From positions 1 through 64,000 of the forward strand of contig KZ538339.1 in the NCBI GenBank assembly GCA_000934665.2: 64,000 nucleotides of DNA, in the 5' to 3' direction. Position 1 is the stretch's first letter; every line of letters begins with the position of its first letter. A program made the position numbers and the translations under genes. The notes below the pieces were generated by a model. The model had not been told where the DNA came from, ran no database searches, and saw only the letters and a program-made list of their open reading frames with translations. Positions 1-12,242 of this stretch are shown here, one piece after another. The stretch comes from Catajapyx aquilonaris. Its lineage: Eukaryota.

Positions 1-96
1 CAGTTTTGCATTTAATATTGCTTGAGATCTAAGAAGATTTCGGTGTAATTATCCACGCTCTTTTTTCCCCGTGCGAAGAACGGGTACCGCTGCTAG
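1..96 (+). mobile_element. Helitron 3' terminus (element begins before the window or is truncated)
   Basis: Hairpin CCCGT-GCGAAGA-ACGGG (68-84), then 8 nt and CTAG (93-96) followed by T: the canonical Helitron 3' end. A near-identical end occurs at 31997-32022. Confidence 0.7.
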
Positions 97-692
97 TCAT
101 CAATATTTTATTCAGTAATAATTATATCAGATATTTAGAGAAGTCGTGAATAAAGTGCAATTGAGATTTATGAGTCATTTTGCTGAAGAGTATGTGAAGC
201 AGAGTGTCACTTTTCTGCAGCCAACCAAAAATGCTATCAAACACTGACCACACACTCTGCTGGCTAACCACACACTCCGGCATGAGTATGGGTTATGTTT
301 CACTGGTCAAGTTTACTCGAATACAAAATTAGACAGGTCTAATGAAACACACTATTAAAGACCGGTAGAGAGGAGTAAGAGCGTATACTTATTTACACAT
401 AGTTGCTGTAAACGTATATATGACGTGTTTCAAGTATGTATAAGATTTTCCATGCCCTCGTCTGCTCTACCATATTGTAATGACAATTTGCTGGTTCAGA
501 GCCTTTTAAAAGACGGATGTCTCCAAACTCAATCAGGCGGGTGAAGATGTCGCCGATCCCAGTTTGGCTGATCAAAATCGCCCTGGAGGGTGCAAACCAC
601 TAATGCCGGAAGAGGCAGCATGTCCATTAACTTTAAACGGAAGAGGCTAATTTGACTGCGGCACCTTGCTGCTTGATTAGCTTATATCGCAG

Positions 693-777
693 GCTCTCAC
701 CATCTTGGGAAAGGCCATCCGAGGACATAACGAGTCTAGTCTGTGGACCCCTGCGGCTAGAAGAGCTTAAGTACAAG
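693..777 (+). other. Candidate isolated exon, unknown gene
   Basis: TATCGCAG acceptor and consensus AAG|GTGAGT donor. One frame is open (LSPSWERPSEDITSLVCGPLRLEELKYK) but has no recognisable homology. Confidence 0.2.
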
Positions 778-1392
778 GTGAGTCAAAAGTTAGTCTCTAA
801 TATACCTATATGTATAACTGGCGGATGTAGATTTCTCCTCTAGTTGTTATAGACTTTTCTAGCCTCGCAGGTGCGGTCCGGATGGCTGGCGTTCGCACCC
901 GGATAATGAGCCGCATTGACAACCATTGGCTTAATTTGTTAGGTCGAGCCACTCTAACCAAATTAGGGCTCGCTTGCAGCGGGGGACAGCCTGCCAAAAT
1001 GTAGGGACTAGACACCCCCCCCAGCTCCTCTTGACTGATGACAGCCTTCCCAATTTTTAATCACTCCGGTTGATGTAGCGGGGGCTCTGCACAGCCAATT
1101 TTGCCTAATGCAGTATGTATCGGATCTGGACATGGCGCACCTGAGAGGTGCGTTCGGAAGGCGGAAAACAACAAAAAAAGAGGCCTGCTATACTTTACAT
1201 GGGAAGCCTCTTTTCAACTGACAATAGAGCGATGTGCAATTAAAATTTTAAAACGTAAAAAAAGTGCATTGGAAATGTACCAAATGCGCAGAAAACTGTT
1301 TCAGAAGATATTCGTACATGTGACTTCCGCATGTGCGCAACACAATGAGAAAATACTAAATATTTACATTAATATTACATTTTTTGAAAATA

Positions 1393-1501
1393 CAGGGTGA
1401 CACATAAGTAGCCCAATATTATAACCCAATTGTCAGGATCCCAATTGTCAACTAACAATGTAATATTATTACCTGTGTGCCCGTACTTTTTGGTCAACCT
1501 G
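1393..1501. mobile_element. Tc1/mariner-type MITE (109 bp)
   Basis: Flanked by TA on both sides (1391-92, 1502-03). Imperfect TIRs: CAGGGTGACACATAAGTA vs reverse complement CAGGTTGACCAAAAAGTA (14/18). Internal duplicated CCCAATTGTCA. Confidence 0.6.
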
Positions 1502-1850
1502 TACATCAATGCAAACCGTTCCTGATTTTTACCCAAAATATTTATCATGAAAGTTGTATGATAACCGGACTTCTGAGCAGGGGTTTCAAACGGATTTAGT
1601 GAATCAAAAGCACCGGAAATAATATTTTTCGGTTCCAGCATGTAAATATTTAAACATATCGAAAGCCACACCTGATCTGCAGGAGAGGAAGGGGCGCGCA
1701 TTGACTCGGAAATTTGATAAGTACATCATTTGGAAGTCAAAACGTGGTGCAGGGGAAAACTGGTCTCGAACCACCCAGCACCAGAAATCGGATCTGCCCA
1801 CTCTCCCTGCGGAAACGCATTTTGACGAGTGGAAACCTTATCTGTTAACC

Positions 1851-2003
1851 GACAACCAATACGTGATAATATGTGGAGGATATTGGTCTTTTTTGGATGT
1901 TTGCGAAGTTCGACCCATATACAGTAGATTGTATAACAAGCTTCATTTTGGAGAATATCGCCTGAAATATTTGTTGTTGTTAGTTAGTCAGTGATATTAC
2001 TTG
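1851..2003 (+). mobile_element. Degenerate non-LTR (LINE) reverse transcriptase fragment
   Basis: Translates to FLDVCE[1-nt slip]FD...SRLYNKLH...YLLLLVSQ*YYL, resembling the Jockey/CR1-type RT segment FLDVxKAFDxVWHxGLLYKL...YLxxLIxSYL. Confidence 0.5.
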
Positions 2004-2343
2004 CTTGTATTGAAATATTTTATGGAGTAAGACTTATGAACTCATGTGTATACAGCCTTTATGAAGGTTCCTGCCGGATTTGTAGCAGAAAATCTGAAAA
2101 TCGATGTTGCAAAGTATAGGACGTCCCCCCTCCCCCGCCCTCCAGTAAGATTTTATGGCCTGTGGGTTTCCTCTCAAAGCCTTATTTCGTGTGTCAATCA
2201 AAATAGATCGCGTCATATCCTCGACGACAAAGCCCAGGATTCTACTTTACTTCAGACGAATCTTCTCCTTCCGAAATTGGTATTCCATAATTCCTTATTA
2301 CCACACTCTCGGTGAGGAGTCAATAGTTGGTAAATTGCACTAT

Positions 2344-2528
2344 TGGCTTCACTCGACCAATGTTGACACCGCCAATGTCAAATATGCTCATTTTATCAGT
2401 TTTCTCCAGAATTTTTAAGTTGCTTTTAGAACCTTAGAGCAGAATTTCATATGGACCACCCTGCTTGTAGTGTGAGTAAATTTGTCCAAAGAGTGACTGA
2501 GAACAAAGTTTGATCCAACATTGAATTT
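2344..2528 (-). mobile_element. Ty3/gypsy integrase C-terminal (GPY/F) relic
   Basis: Minus strand gives, in order, KFNVGSNFVL...KF...GPYEIL|EKTDKMSIFDIGGVNIGRVKP. This matches gypsy FxVGDxVL...GPYxVLExxDKxFxIDIxG...VxIDRLKP. Frameshifted and interrupted. Confidence 0.7.
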
Positions 2529-2896
2529 TTGTGTGGGCCGACGCTTCTCCCCCTTCATCTCTCTCTAGGGAGCAAAAGGGAAGGGGGCCGAAGCTTCTCT
2601 TTGGCAGCCATCAGTCTGTCTATGGGCAAAGCATAAGGCGAACCTGTCCCTCCTTCCAGCTGGAATCTTATTATGATGCAAAGCCGCAGATAAATAGGCC
2701 TCCTCAGCCGCGCAACAAGTTCACAAAGCGGCTCTTTGACGCTTCAAAGCTCGTGGACCTGGGCTCACCCCATGGAGTCTGAGCCAGCACTTTCTGATGT
2801 AATTACAACAGTCACGAATATAAGTTAGTTTGTAGTAGTAATAAGCGGTATGATGCATTAAAACGTGAATTTTCTTAACTAAATCTTTTGTATAAC

Positions 2897-2966
2897 AGAT
2901 TGGCGCCCGTTCTGCGCATGAGCATTGGGGGTAGGCAGCGTCTCTGGTGGGTGGGAGAGGGAACTA
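2897..2966 (+). repeat. Dispersed repeat copy A (partner at 7666-7735, inverted)
   Basis: AGATTGGCGCCCGTTCTGCGCATGAGCATTGGGGGTAGGCAGCGTCTCTGGTGG...GGAACTA aligns at roughly 80% by eye to the reverse complement of 7666-7735. Confidence 0.8.
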
Positions 2967-3575
2967 CGAGTTTATGATTAAATTCAGGTCTCGACGTGCA
3001 GGTTTCATTAGTTAGTTGACCCCACGTTCGTTAGTTAGCATTTCTGTGAGTCGAGTCCCTCAGTTTGAGTAGTTGGAGTCGACTTCCGTGACCTGAAACG
3101 TCAAGACGCATCAGGCGTCCCTTTGCATCTGCGTCAAGTAAAAGGCGCGAGCGGTAGAGCGAAGCACCGAGGCGCGAACCAAGGTTTGCCATCCAATCAT
3201 AATTGCATTGGAAGCTTTGCTGGGTACGCCTGGAAATACCTCAGTCCTCTCTCTCTCTTTTTTATTTTCTTGATGATTCCCAAGGAAAAGGCTGGAAAGT
3301 GCAACCCCCCTCTTTCAATTACCTGGAAAATGGCTGGATTCGACCATTAACACACTAAGGGTCATTTTATTCTCCTTTTTCTAGCTCACTCTTGCATTTG
3401 GTGGATGGAAAGGTCACAAGCCCTTGCAGAGGCTGGCACATTCTCTCCAGTGGAAATCTGGCAGCCATTTCGGGTCACGGGGCCGTGCTGTAACTGAGTC
3501 GTTGGCCGGAGTCGGTTCGATAAGAAGCCGCCAACTGCCGCCGAATAGGAATTTTCGCACATCTCTCGCCGGGGC

Positions 3576-3594
3576 CTCTCTCTCTCTCTCTCTC
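3576..3594. repeat. (CT)n microsatellite
   Basis: Direct reading; similar GA/CT tracts near 13957, 53315 and 56343. Confidence 0.9.
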
Positions 3595-5347
3595 CCATTG
3601 CTGCTGACAGCTTCCATTGGCCTATAGCCAGGATTTAGATGTTGGCAGGCAGGAATGCAATGTTCCCCCTGCCGCTCAAAAGAAGGGGGGGCGCTTCTAA
3701 ACCCCCCCAGTTCCAACCCCAAAAAGCGGAGTGTGCAGTGCGGTAATAAGTGCGAGGTTGGCTTTTGCACCCCCTTGCTTTATGAAGCAGAAACGCAGCC
3801 CCTCCGACTACACATTACTTTCCGATGGTGCTGCTGCTGCCTTGGATTCATTCCGGTCTTCACCAGAATGCCGTCCATGAGCATTACGCAGGATGCCTTA
3901 GCAAGGATTCTTTGCTGTTACGTGGGTCGTGCTCAGAATCGCAACACTTTTTTTGGCGGGCGCAAAGGGGAAGTAAATTTTTTAAGGCCAATGGGTTGAG
4001 AAATGGAGTGAAAAATATGGTGAAAAAGAGAGCTTCCAGCATTATGGTGTGTTCGACATATAGAGTGGGGCAATTATGCTGTCTGATTTTTCATTCTAAA
4101 TTGTAGCACAGTTTGTTGTAAAGTGCAATAAATTGCCGTCATTGGAATGGCAATAACTCTGGCATTGTTGCCCATTTGCGTCACATTGGACGCTACTGTT
4201 AGGTTAACCACGGTGAAGTTTATTGCAGCAGAAATGAGCGTCCCTGTGTACACAGTAGGTGCGAATTGTGCTGATAGTTTTTGCTAGAAAATATGAAGAA
4301 ACTTGTTGATGCCATGCGCTGCATTCTGAATGTGAATTTCGCGAAAAATAACCCGGACCTTCTGCCAGCATCATTACTCTTGGGAACACGCCGCATATTA
4401 ACTTGTAATCTAATATCGTAGCATGTGACGTCATTTCACGTTACGCAGGTTTTTCATGATTGCATTCGTTTCTATCAGGACTCAGCATCCCTGGCAACAA
4501 AAAAATATGCAACAAGCCGAAGCTTTTTGGGGGGTCGCGTCTTGTCCCACGTTTAGCGGAATGCAATTCATCATTTTTTTTAATGCGACTCTGTCGACAT
4601 CACAGTGCGAAAAAAAATATATATACATGTATACAAGGACTGGGCCGTCGAATTTCAGCTGCGCCTCTCCGGTTGGGTTTTTGGGCGCAAAGTTAATAAC
4701 AGAGGACGAAGCGTACTTCATTTGATTCCGTATTTTGATGAAACATTCTCCGGGCGAGATATTTCCTGCGGCGCGGTCGGTTGCGCCTGCGAAACGCTGG
4801 GAATTTTTATCGCTGCCAGCGTTAAAACGCTTCAATATTATCGGGGAGGTTGCTGGCCGGGAGAATACATAAAAAAAGGCTAGCATTTTTGTCCAAAAAT
4901 TTGTATTTTCGACTTTTTGCAGGGAAGTTCCTGATTTTTGCAATGTCGTTTTGGCTGGCCCAAGGGAACTGGCGAATTGGCACAGCGCCCTTACGATAAA
5001 GTCCACTTTGAGAGTAAAGAGGGTGCCCTTCCGCACCTTGCCTTCATATCTCTCCGGAATAACAGGCCTAAGGGCACGTGCAAGGGCTTCCTTTCGCCTG
5101 TCATTAGTCCTCTCTTTATCAACAGCCAGACTTTTTTTTTTTTTGTACCACAGCGAGTTCGCTGAAGCTAGAAAAAGAGAGAGACCCACATCACGAACTG
5201 CACTGGTGCTGGAGATAAAACTACACAGAGCCCAGGTTTTCAAAGGGTTTCACTCCGGATGCTGTCACTTGTGCCCATGTGCTAATGTCAACCTTAAAGC
5301 AAATGAGTTGATTGAGTCGTAACACGCACGCGTTATTATTATTGCAG

Positions 5348-5406
5348 GTGGTCTGACGCCAGTTGGATATGGAGATATTGCTCTAGCATGCAATGTTAGA
5401 CCAGAG
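5348..5406 (+). other. Candidate exon or pseudo-exon encoding a K+-channel-filter-like peptide
   Basis: After TTATTATTGCAG the frame reads LTPVGYGDIAL (5353-5385), cf. LTTVGYGDIxP. The donor is weak and no flanking S5/S6 similarity is visible. Confidence 0.25.
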
Positions 5407-7040
5407 GTTTCTACCTGAATTTAATTTGTATTTTCAAGAGTAATATTGTACAGAACAATAAGGCAATTTCATTTCTGCACGATTCCTACATATAATTACT
5501 TCTCCTTCACACGTGGTATGTACAGTATAGCTTAAAAGGTCCCACTATAGTAGTGTACGAATAAATAATAATTATGAATAGTAAAAGAAAATATCGGTAC
5601 CTTGCCTGATGCTTTGTAAGGCCCACGGACTGCCCACAATTAATTTATTACTATCAAAAGATACGTGACTCCAAAATGAGGCCGGTTTCATATACAGTGC
5701 AGTATTCTAATGGCTTATATATGCTAATTACAACTTATGGCGTAATTCATGGCTGGCTCGGGCGCGACAGCTGCAATGTCAACGCTCATATTATTTATCT
5801 GGTCTTGCTCGGGGGTTAATTGCATAATGCCGTTGTTGTTTTTTACAGTCACTATACTGTATAAGATGAAGAGGCATTAAACTTTCTGACACAGTCTATA
5901 CAATAATATTGTGGATATTGAGCCATTATACATACACGCAACGTTTCAGTGTGTATCATGCAGAATGGAAGCCGTTTAATTAATGCTTAAGAAGTACTAC
6001 TCATAATAATATGTAAAATGTAATTAAAGACAATTCCTTCCACCCTCATCAATAATGCCCTAATTAATATTACTGTAATGTGCACATGACTGTTGATGCG
6101 GTTAGGAATTTTACACTTTTTTGGTAGGCTACACATTATCCATGTCACGGATAATATTGACAGGTTATCCCAATTAACTGAATAAGGGCCAGGTGCTGTC
6201 ATCGCTGCTGTACCGTGATGCCATATTGCTTGATCCGGAAGTATGGGCCAATATTAATCTTAAAGCAGCCAAGGAAAACACATGGCGCTGCCAACAGGCA
6301 GGTGATGCAAACAGTGCGGAAATAGTGAGTGCAGCCAGTGTTTGCACAGAGTTCTATCAACTGTGGAAGTGTGTAAGTCCATCGAGGGTGGAGTGAGGGG
6401 GAGGGGAGGTGAGGTCTACCGTATTTATCACAACACATGTTAATGGACGGACTAAACCAGTACCCACTCATGAAAGGCAAATGATTGCCCCGTTCGGTCC
6501 TTTATCATCATGTATGAATTCTGTTCGGGCAGCAGCAACCCAGCACGACAAGCTCTTTGCGGAAAAGCAAATTCGCCGTGTATTTTTAAGCCCTGTTTAG
6601 CGGCTCTCCAAGCTCGGTCAGCAAATGGCGCCGATTCAAACGAGTAGAACCCCCCCTCTATAGTACTATAGGGCTTGTAGTAGTTTAAGCCTTCTAGTTA
6701 TACACCCTCTCTTCAAAAGCCCCCTGACGACACTGCAGATGTTTGTTTGAGAGTGAAAGGAGACACCGAGGTTTTTTTTCCGTCGAAAAAAACCTAGCAT
6801 CGTAGCGACTTGCTTTTTCCCCAAGAGCACTTTGTCCTTTCAGGGAAAAAAGGGGGGGGGAGGGGCAGGAGAAAAGGCAGTTACCAAGTGTTGAGTCAAC
6901 ACAATCAACACTGGCTAGAATATATTTGGAGTCTGTCCATTCTCACGGTTTCACTCGCCAAAGGTTCGAGTGTCGTTCAGTCAATTTGTCACGTGGAGTC
7001 AGCCTCCAAAATGTATTTTGGTGAAATTTTTGAGTTATTC

Positions 7041-7122
7041 AATTGTTGACTGCATGCCGTCAATTTTTGTACTGAAGTGTCTTATTTTTGTCAAATAATA
7101 GAGAATGTTGGATAATCTTCAC
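7041..7122 (-). mobile_element. Degenerate LINE RT fragment
   Basis: VKIIQHS[shift]YYLTKIRHFSTKIDGMQSTI resembles the KIIxSYLxNRxFxVKIDGxxS segment that precedes the PQG motif of non-LTR RTs. Confidence 0.45.
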
Positions 7123-7665
7123 CTTTTGTTGCCAGTTAGAAGCATATAATTTTAATTTTGACAATAATGGGTAGCACATTCAAGTGAGTAATTCCCACAT
7201 TCCGCAATTTTAGAAAGAAACGTTGTTTTCTAGCGCGTGTTTAATGATATTAGAGCCGCGGAATTTTTCGCCTGACGCATGAAATGTGACCTTATTTTGA
7301 GGAATCCCCACGAGATAGCACAGCGAAAAAAAAAGTGTCGGTTTTTTTTTCCCAGCGAGTGAAACCTTGGAATCCTTGGCATAAGGTGAAAAATGCGAGC
7401 CAGGGATCAGGACAGGAAAAGCGATTAGAGTTTACCCCCCTACCCCACCACCTCCCCTCCCCCCTTTCCAAATTAAATCCGGAACGGTGCTACTGCTGGC
7501 CGCTATAATTACCACGGCTGTTACTGCAGTGTTCCGGAAGAAACTCTGTGTCATCTCATTAATCTTGGCTGTGTAGAGGCTCCTCTCTGATTTGCTGATA
7601 CCGAATTTTCCTGATTCCACCGGCTAATTTGACGCACACAAAAAAATGTTATATTAATTACTTAT

Positions 7666-7735
7666 TAGTTCCTCCTCCTATCCACCAGAGGCGCTGTCTC
7701 CCCCATTGCGCAGGCGCAGAACGGGGGGGCAATCT
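7666..7735 (-). repeat. Dispersed repeat copy B (partner at 2897-2966)
   Basis: Contains CCACCAGAGGCGCTG and TGCGCAGGCGCAGAACGGG; its reverse complement aligns to 2897-2966. Confidence 0.8.
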
Positions 7736-10700
7736 CGGTCATATACAACGAAAGATTTTAATATTATAGATTAGTGCTAATGCACATATTTATTTTTATT
7801 ATTTTATTTACGAGTATTATTTATTCGTTCATTCATTTACCATTCATATCCACTCGGATATGTTTGATACACAGAATAATACAGAAAAACACGTATGTTA
7901 CAAGTACAGTACAATTGGCAACAAATACCTTTGGAGAAGTTTATACTACAAGAGTAGAGTAGGTTTGGTATTCCTATTGGGCAGGTATACACTCCACAAT
8001 GTGAGGACCTTGACATATTTGGAAGTCTTGGATGTGCTTTTTTTTGTTGGTACGAGCCTGTTTCCTCTCCCTTTTCCTCGAGTCGCACCCAGAGTGTCCT
8101 TATTGCCATCGCAATCCCCAATTTCTCCACATCCAGGAAGCGATAAAATGGATTCTTTTCTCCGGCTGAAAAGTCTTTGACTACATCTGTACTCTCACTT
8201 TCTCCCTCCTTCACATCCAACCCCCCCTCCTTGGCCATTACGTTTATGGCTGGGAGGGCATTCTTGCAATTTGGCCTCGCATCCAATTGACAAGGACTCT
8301 TCTCTAAAAGCTGGTCCTTTTTCCCCCCTTTAAAAAAAGGGTGTTGGGATTTTCTTCATTCACATGGCTGTTGAAAGAAGTAAGCTGATACTTGGAAGCT
8401 TTGTTCGTTTTTTTTTACCCCTTCATTCCAGCTCTATTGTTTTTTTTTTTTGAAGCCTAGTTTTCATTATGTGCCCCGCCAATTAATTAACGCATCTGGG
8501 ACAAAGATCCAAAATTGCGGTGTATTTTGGTATTCAAATCCCCTGGTGGCAGGCGGCAAAATTGACGGAAAACTTTTCCATCTCGAAAATTAACCCCCGA
8601 AATTGTCCCATTAATCCGGGACCCTCCCCTCCAAAAATGGGAGCAGATGCTTCCATTTTTGGGGACAAAACCATGGGCCAGATTAGTTGCGGAAAACCTT
8701 CCCGTAGTCTTTCTTTTTTTTTTCTTCAGAAAAGAAAAGCCTCCCCCCCTCCCCAGTTTTCACCCTCCATTTCTTGCCAGCAGCTCTTATCATTTATTAA
8801 TGGAGATTAGAAGATGGGGGGGGGGGGAGGTGTTGGATGGTGGGATGGGGAGGAAAAAGAAGACAAGGATGAAAGATGGCGAGGGGTTTAAGATGAGCCC
8901 ACGAACTCACCTTGAACAGTCTGGATGAAAGGGACAACTTTGTGCCGTCACGATGTGTTGAAAAAGCATCAGCTCCATTGGGGAGGAATAATGTATAGCC
9001 TCGACACTCAAAGAACCTGATGGGTTCATTATTAATAAGCGGGACTGTGGGAGCAACAATGGGGCCCCCAGTCAACTCCTGCTGTGGACGTAGTTCCATA
9101 TCTCTCACATAGATGGCGCACTACTGATGACTCACCTCGGACATAAAATATTTGCAACCTCAAGTTCCGGACACCTGATTAACCTAGTTACGTCACTTTT
9201 GCTCTAATTGCAAAGCGGTTTACCCCCCCTCTTCCTGCACCATCTGAGGACAGGAAATATTTTGCGATGGAAGTGTCCTGAAACTTTTGCATGGGCGTGA
9301 ATATAGCAGGAAAGGGGGGGCCTCCCGTCGATATGCCTTCTTGCTACCCGGGACAGCATAATTGGATTCTGTCCGCATGAGTTAGCCATCAGACCCCATT
9401 GTTACCGCAGACTGGACATGTTTCGTGCTTGTTATATCGACCTTGCCGGCGAATTAGGTTCTCCAAACCACGTGATTATCCGCAACAAGCGCAGCTTTTA
9501 CATGCAGTGGTATTAAACAAAGCTGAACCTTTTCCAACCCCCCCACCATTTTTTGGTACTCCCCCCCCCCCTCACTGTCGAGCTGACCATTTTTAACAAA
9601 ACAACGAAGGGTTCTTCCACTAAACCGTTTTACCCCCCCGGATACTTGATATGTTAATGCAAACCGCCGCTCGTGATCATTGATCGCTTGTAGAACGGAT
9701 CATGAACCAAATTACATGAGAGGGACGCCCCACCTAGTACAGCACAAAATTGGGCAAGACCTATGTGCAAGTATGTGGCGTTTTTTTCCCTCCAACCGAG
9801 GGGTTCGATCGCAATTGGAAACCAACACGGAATAGTTTCAGTCCTAATTTTTATTCTCTCCGGATAAAACATCCCTCCCTGGACAACAACCCCCCCTAAA
9901 AAAGAGAGAGAAGGGGTAGAATCCGGGTGCTCTGGTTGCCGAATTACACATGTGCCTAGGTGGCCAATTTGATTCCGGACTCGTTAGGCTCCGGGGGGGA
10001 AGCTGGTTACGGACGTGATTTGTCGTTTCGAGAGGGCAGGTCTCAGGTATAGCTCAGCAAGGCGCCACTGTTGTTTCCAAGGGGGGCCAAAAGTAAAAAA
10101 AGACAAAAAAAAGAGAGTATGAAATAAGGACTAGGGTTGGTCCCTTCGAAGCTGCCAAGTGCAATTTGTGTCTCGAAGTCTTGTCATCTTCTGAGTTGAC
10201 AAGATGACTACCTGAGGGGGGTAGAAGACAAGCCTAAAATCAAAAACATTTTTTTGGGTGGGGGAGGGGGAGCCTCCAACCATTCCGAACATAATTGCAA
10301 GATGATGAATGAACTGAACCAATTTAACTGTACAACTAACAATGCGTGGTTAATGATCACAAATAAAATCATTTGCTCGCGAACACTACCGCAAATGTCC
10401 CGGATGAAAAAAAAAGTCGCGGTTGTAAACGCTGCTCGTAATAAGGTTACCTCCTAATAAACCTCTCTTTGTACTTTGTCACCCTACACCGCACATTATT
10501 ATTCGATCAGCTGTAAAAATAACCCCAAAAAATTGGATCAGCCCACACGTCGTAAAAAAAACTGGAGAAGCAATACGATCGATCGTCGCTGATTATAATA
10601 TTTAACCCGGAAATTTACGGGCCGACAAAATAATAGCAGCGGAGCCTTAAAAATTACACCGTTACAACACAAAAGGAAGTGTGAGCTTCAATATTTCATG

Positions 10701-11711
10701 TCAAGCTCCCCTGTTCGAAGTGCGTCATCTGGCCTTCACCTTTTGTAAAAACCCTATATCTCTCTCTATATCTACCCGGGAGATGATTGGGTTAAAAATT
10801 AGTCAGAGTGGGAATTTTTTTTAACCCGATGGGAGCTCAGCGGGGTGGACAAAAGAGGATTTGGAGAGCCGCTAACTATTTGAGGGGAATGAATTTAGTA
10901 TGCGAGCTGGCACCACAACAGATGCGTCCTGTTCAGAATTTTTTTTAAACCAGAGCACTACTTTAAAAATAAAATTATTTTAAAGCCTTTTTGCTGAGTC
11001 AAAAATGATAGCTGGGTGGCTTCCCATGTCAAGAAAATATGAAGAGGGCAATGTGAAAAGGGGGGGAAGCCTTCTCTTGGTTCTGATGACATGATAATGG
11101 CGCTCATTTAGCTCTTTAGGGACGAATGTGTAATGGTGGGACAGACCCTCTTCCAAAAAAAATAGAGAGAGAAAGGAGGACCCCCCGGCATTTGACCGCT
11201 TATTTTACAGCCTTTTCTTTATCACTTGAATCTTAGTCACACCCCGGGACCCTTAGCGAGTAATTTGGAGCCGGGTAGTTGATTTCGAGGGTATTAAGGG
11301 GTTGTCACCTGCGATAATACGGTGTACCGTTACTGGTTTTTGTGTGTGGTTGGAATGAATTTATGCTGAGGGCTTACCTAATCGATATTTTATTGAAGCG
11401 GCCTGTTTTTTTTAATGAACTTTCTAAAATGAGCCGCCAGAAATGACATTGCAATTACAAATACCACGTACAAACTGATGCATCGTTTCAATAATAATTA
11501 ATGTGTATTTTAATGCAAAGGAAACAAATCGAAAACACTGTTTATTGCAGCATCACTGCTGTTAGTATATAAGTTTAAATATGAAGTGAAATTGAAAGTA
11601 ACTATTTATGATAGGATGGACACGATTGAAACAAAGTAGGACAGGCCTGCATTATTAACAGGTAGGAAATTACCGAAGTAACTGTATACTCGAACCTAAT
11701 TGCATTTTCAG

Positions 11712-11759
11712 CGGATGTCACCATCGGCGTCATTATTTATTCAGGGAATGAGGCGATCT
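11712..11759 (+). other. Candidate 48-nt symmetric cassette exon
   Basis: CTAAT branch-like motif (11696-11700), TTTTCAG acceptor and GTAAGT donor (11760). Length is divisible by 3 and two frames are open. Confidence 0.3.
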
Positions 11760-12095
11760 GTAAGTCACCCCACGTGTCACACTTCATGAAAGTGATAGCA
11801 TCGTAAATAACTTGTGCACGTCTATGCCAATGAGGTAACTTTTAAACCAAGGTCGGTGAGGAAGGGACACTAATTAATCATTAGGTGCAACCCATTAAAA
11901 TATTACACGTATTGCAGTAATATATTCAATATCGAGTGAAATAAATCTCAAATTAAGACAACATTAAATTCATGCGGAAAAAATAAAAATTCATAGACAC
12001 ACATTTAAAATTTTGGAAGTGAATAAACGACTGAATTTATTTATTTATACATTCGAGGTTCACTTGTTGGTGGTGATAGTTAGGCCTACTATAAA

Positions 12096-12242
12096 TTTAC
12101 AGTAATTACTGATCAGTGATCACACATCATTAAAGATGATCATTGCTCTAGTTTGGCTCGTTGGTCTCTTAGTCTGCTGGAATTTGATTTTGAAATCGCC
12201 CATAGACCTGGAAAGTCGCTTTGTCATGTAGATGCTTTGTCC
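12096..12242 (+). mobile_element. Ty3/gypsy pol RNase H relic
   Basis: A single frame reads FTVITDQ*SHIIKDDHCSSLARWSLSLLEFDFEIAHRPGKSLCHVDALS, matching the gypsy RNase H end FTVxTDH...RLARWxLxLxExDFxIxHRPGKxNxxADALS. One in-frame stop. A possible integrase Zn-finger remnant SPVCQ lies at 12369-12383. Confidence 0.85.

Noticed and set aside
125..247. IFREVVNKV...FAEEYVK, faintly like a Harbinger transposase
   Set aside because: Short, with no catalytic motif nearby.
4482..5243. Longest ORF (253 aa, minus strand) and the other listed ORFs
   Set aside because: No recognisable domain; composition is driven by homopolymer runs (poly-K/F/G/P) and frames overlap on both strands, as in non-coding DNA.
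7857..7869. miR-190-like GATATGTTTGATA (also miR-137-like at 17-28 and miR-34-like at 263-273)
   Set aside because: Partial matches without a complementary star arm or intact seed; expected by chance given the many miRNAs compared.
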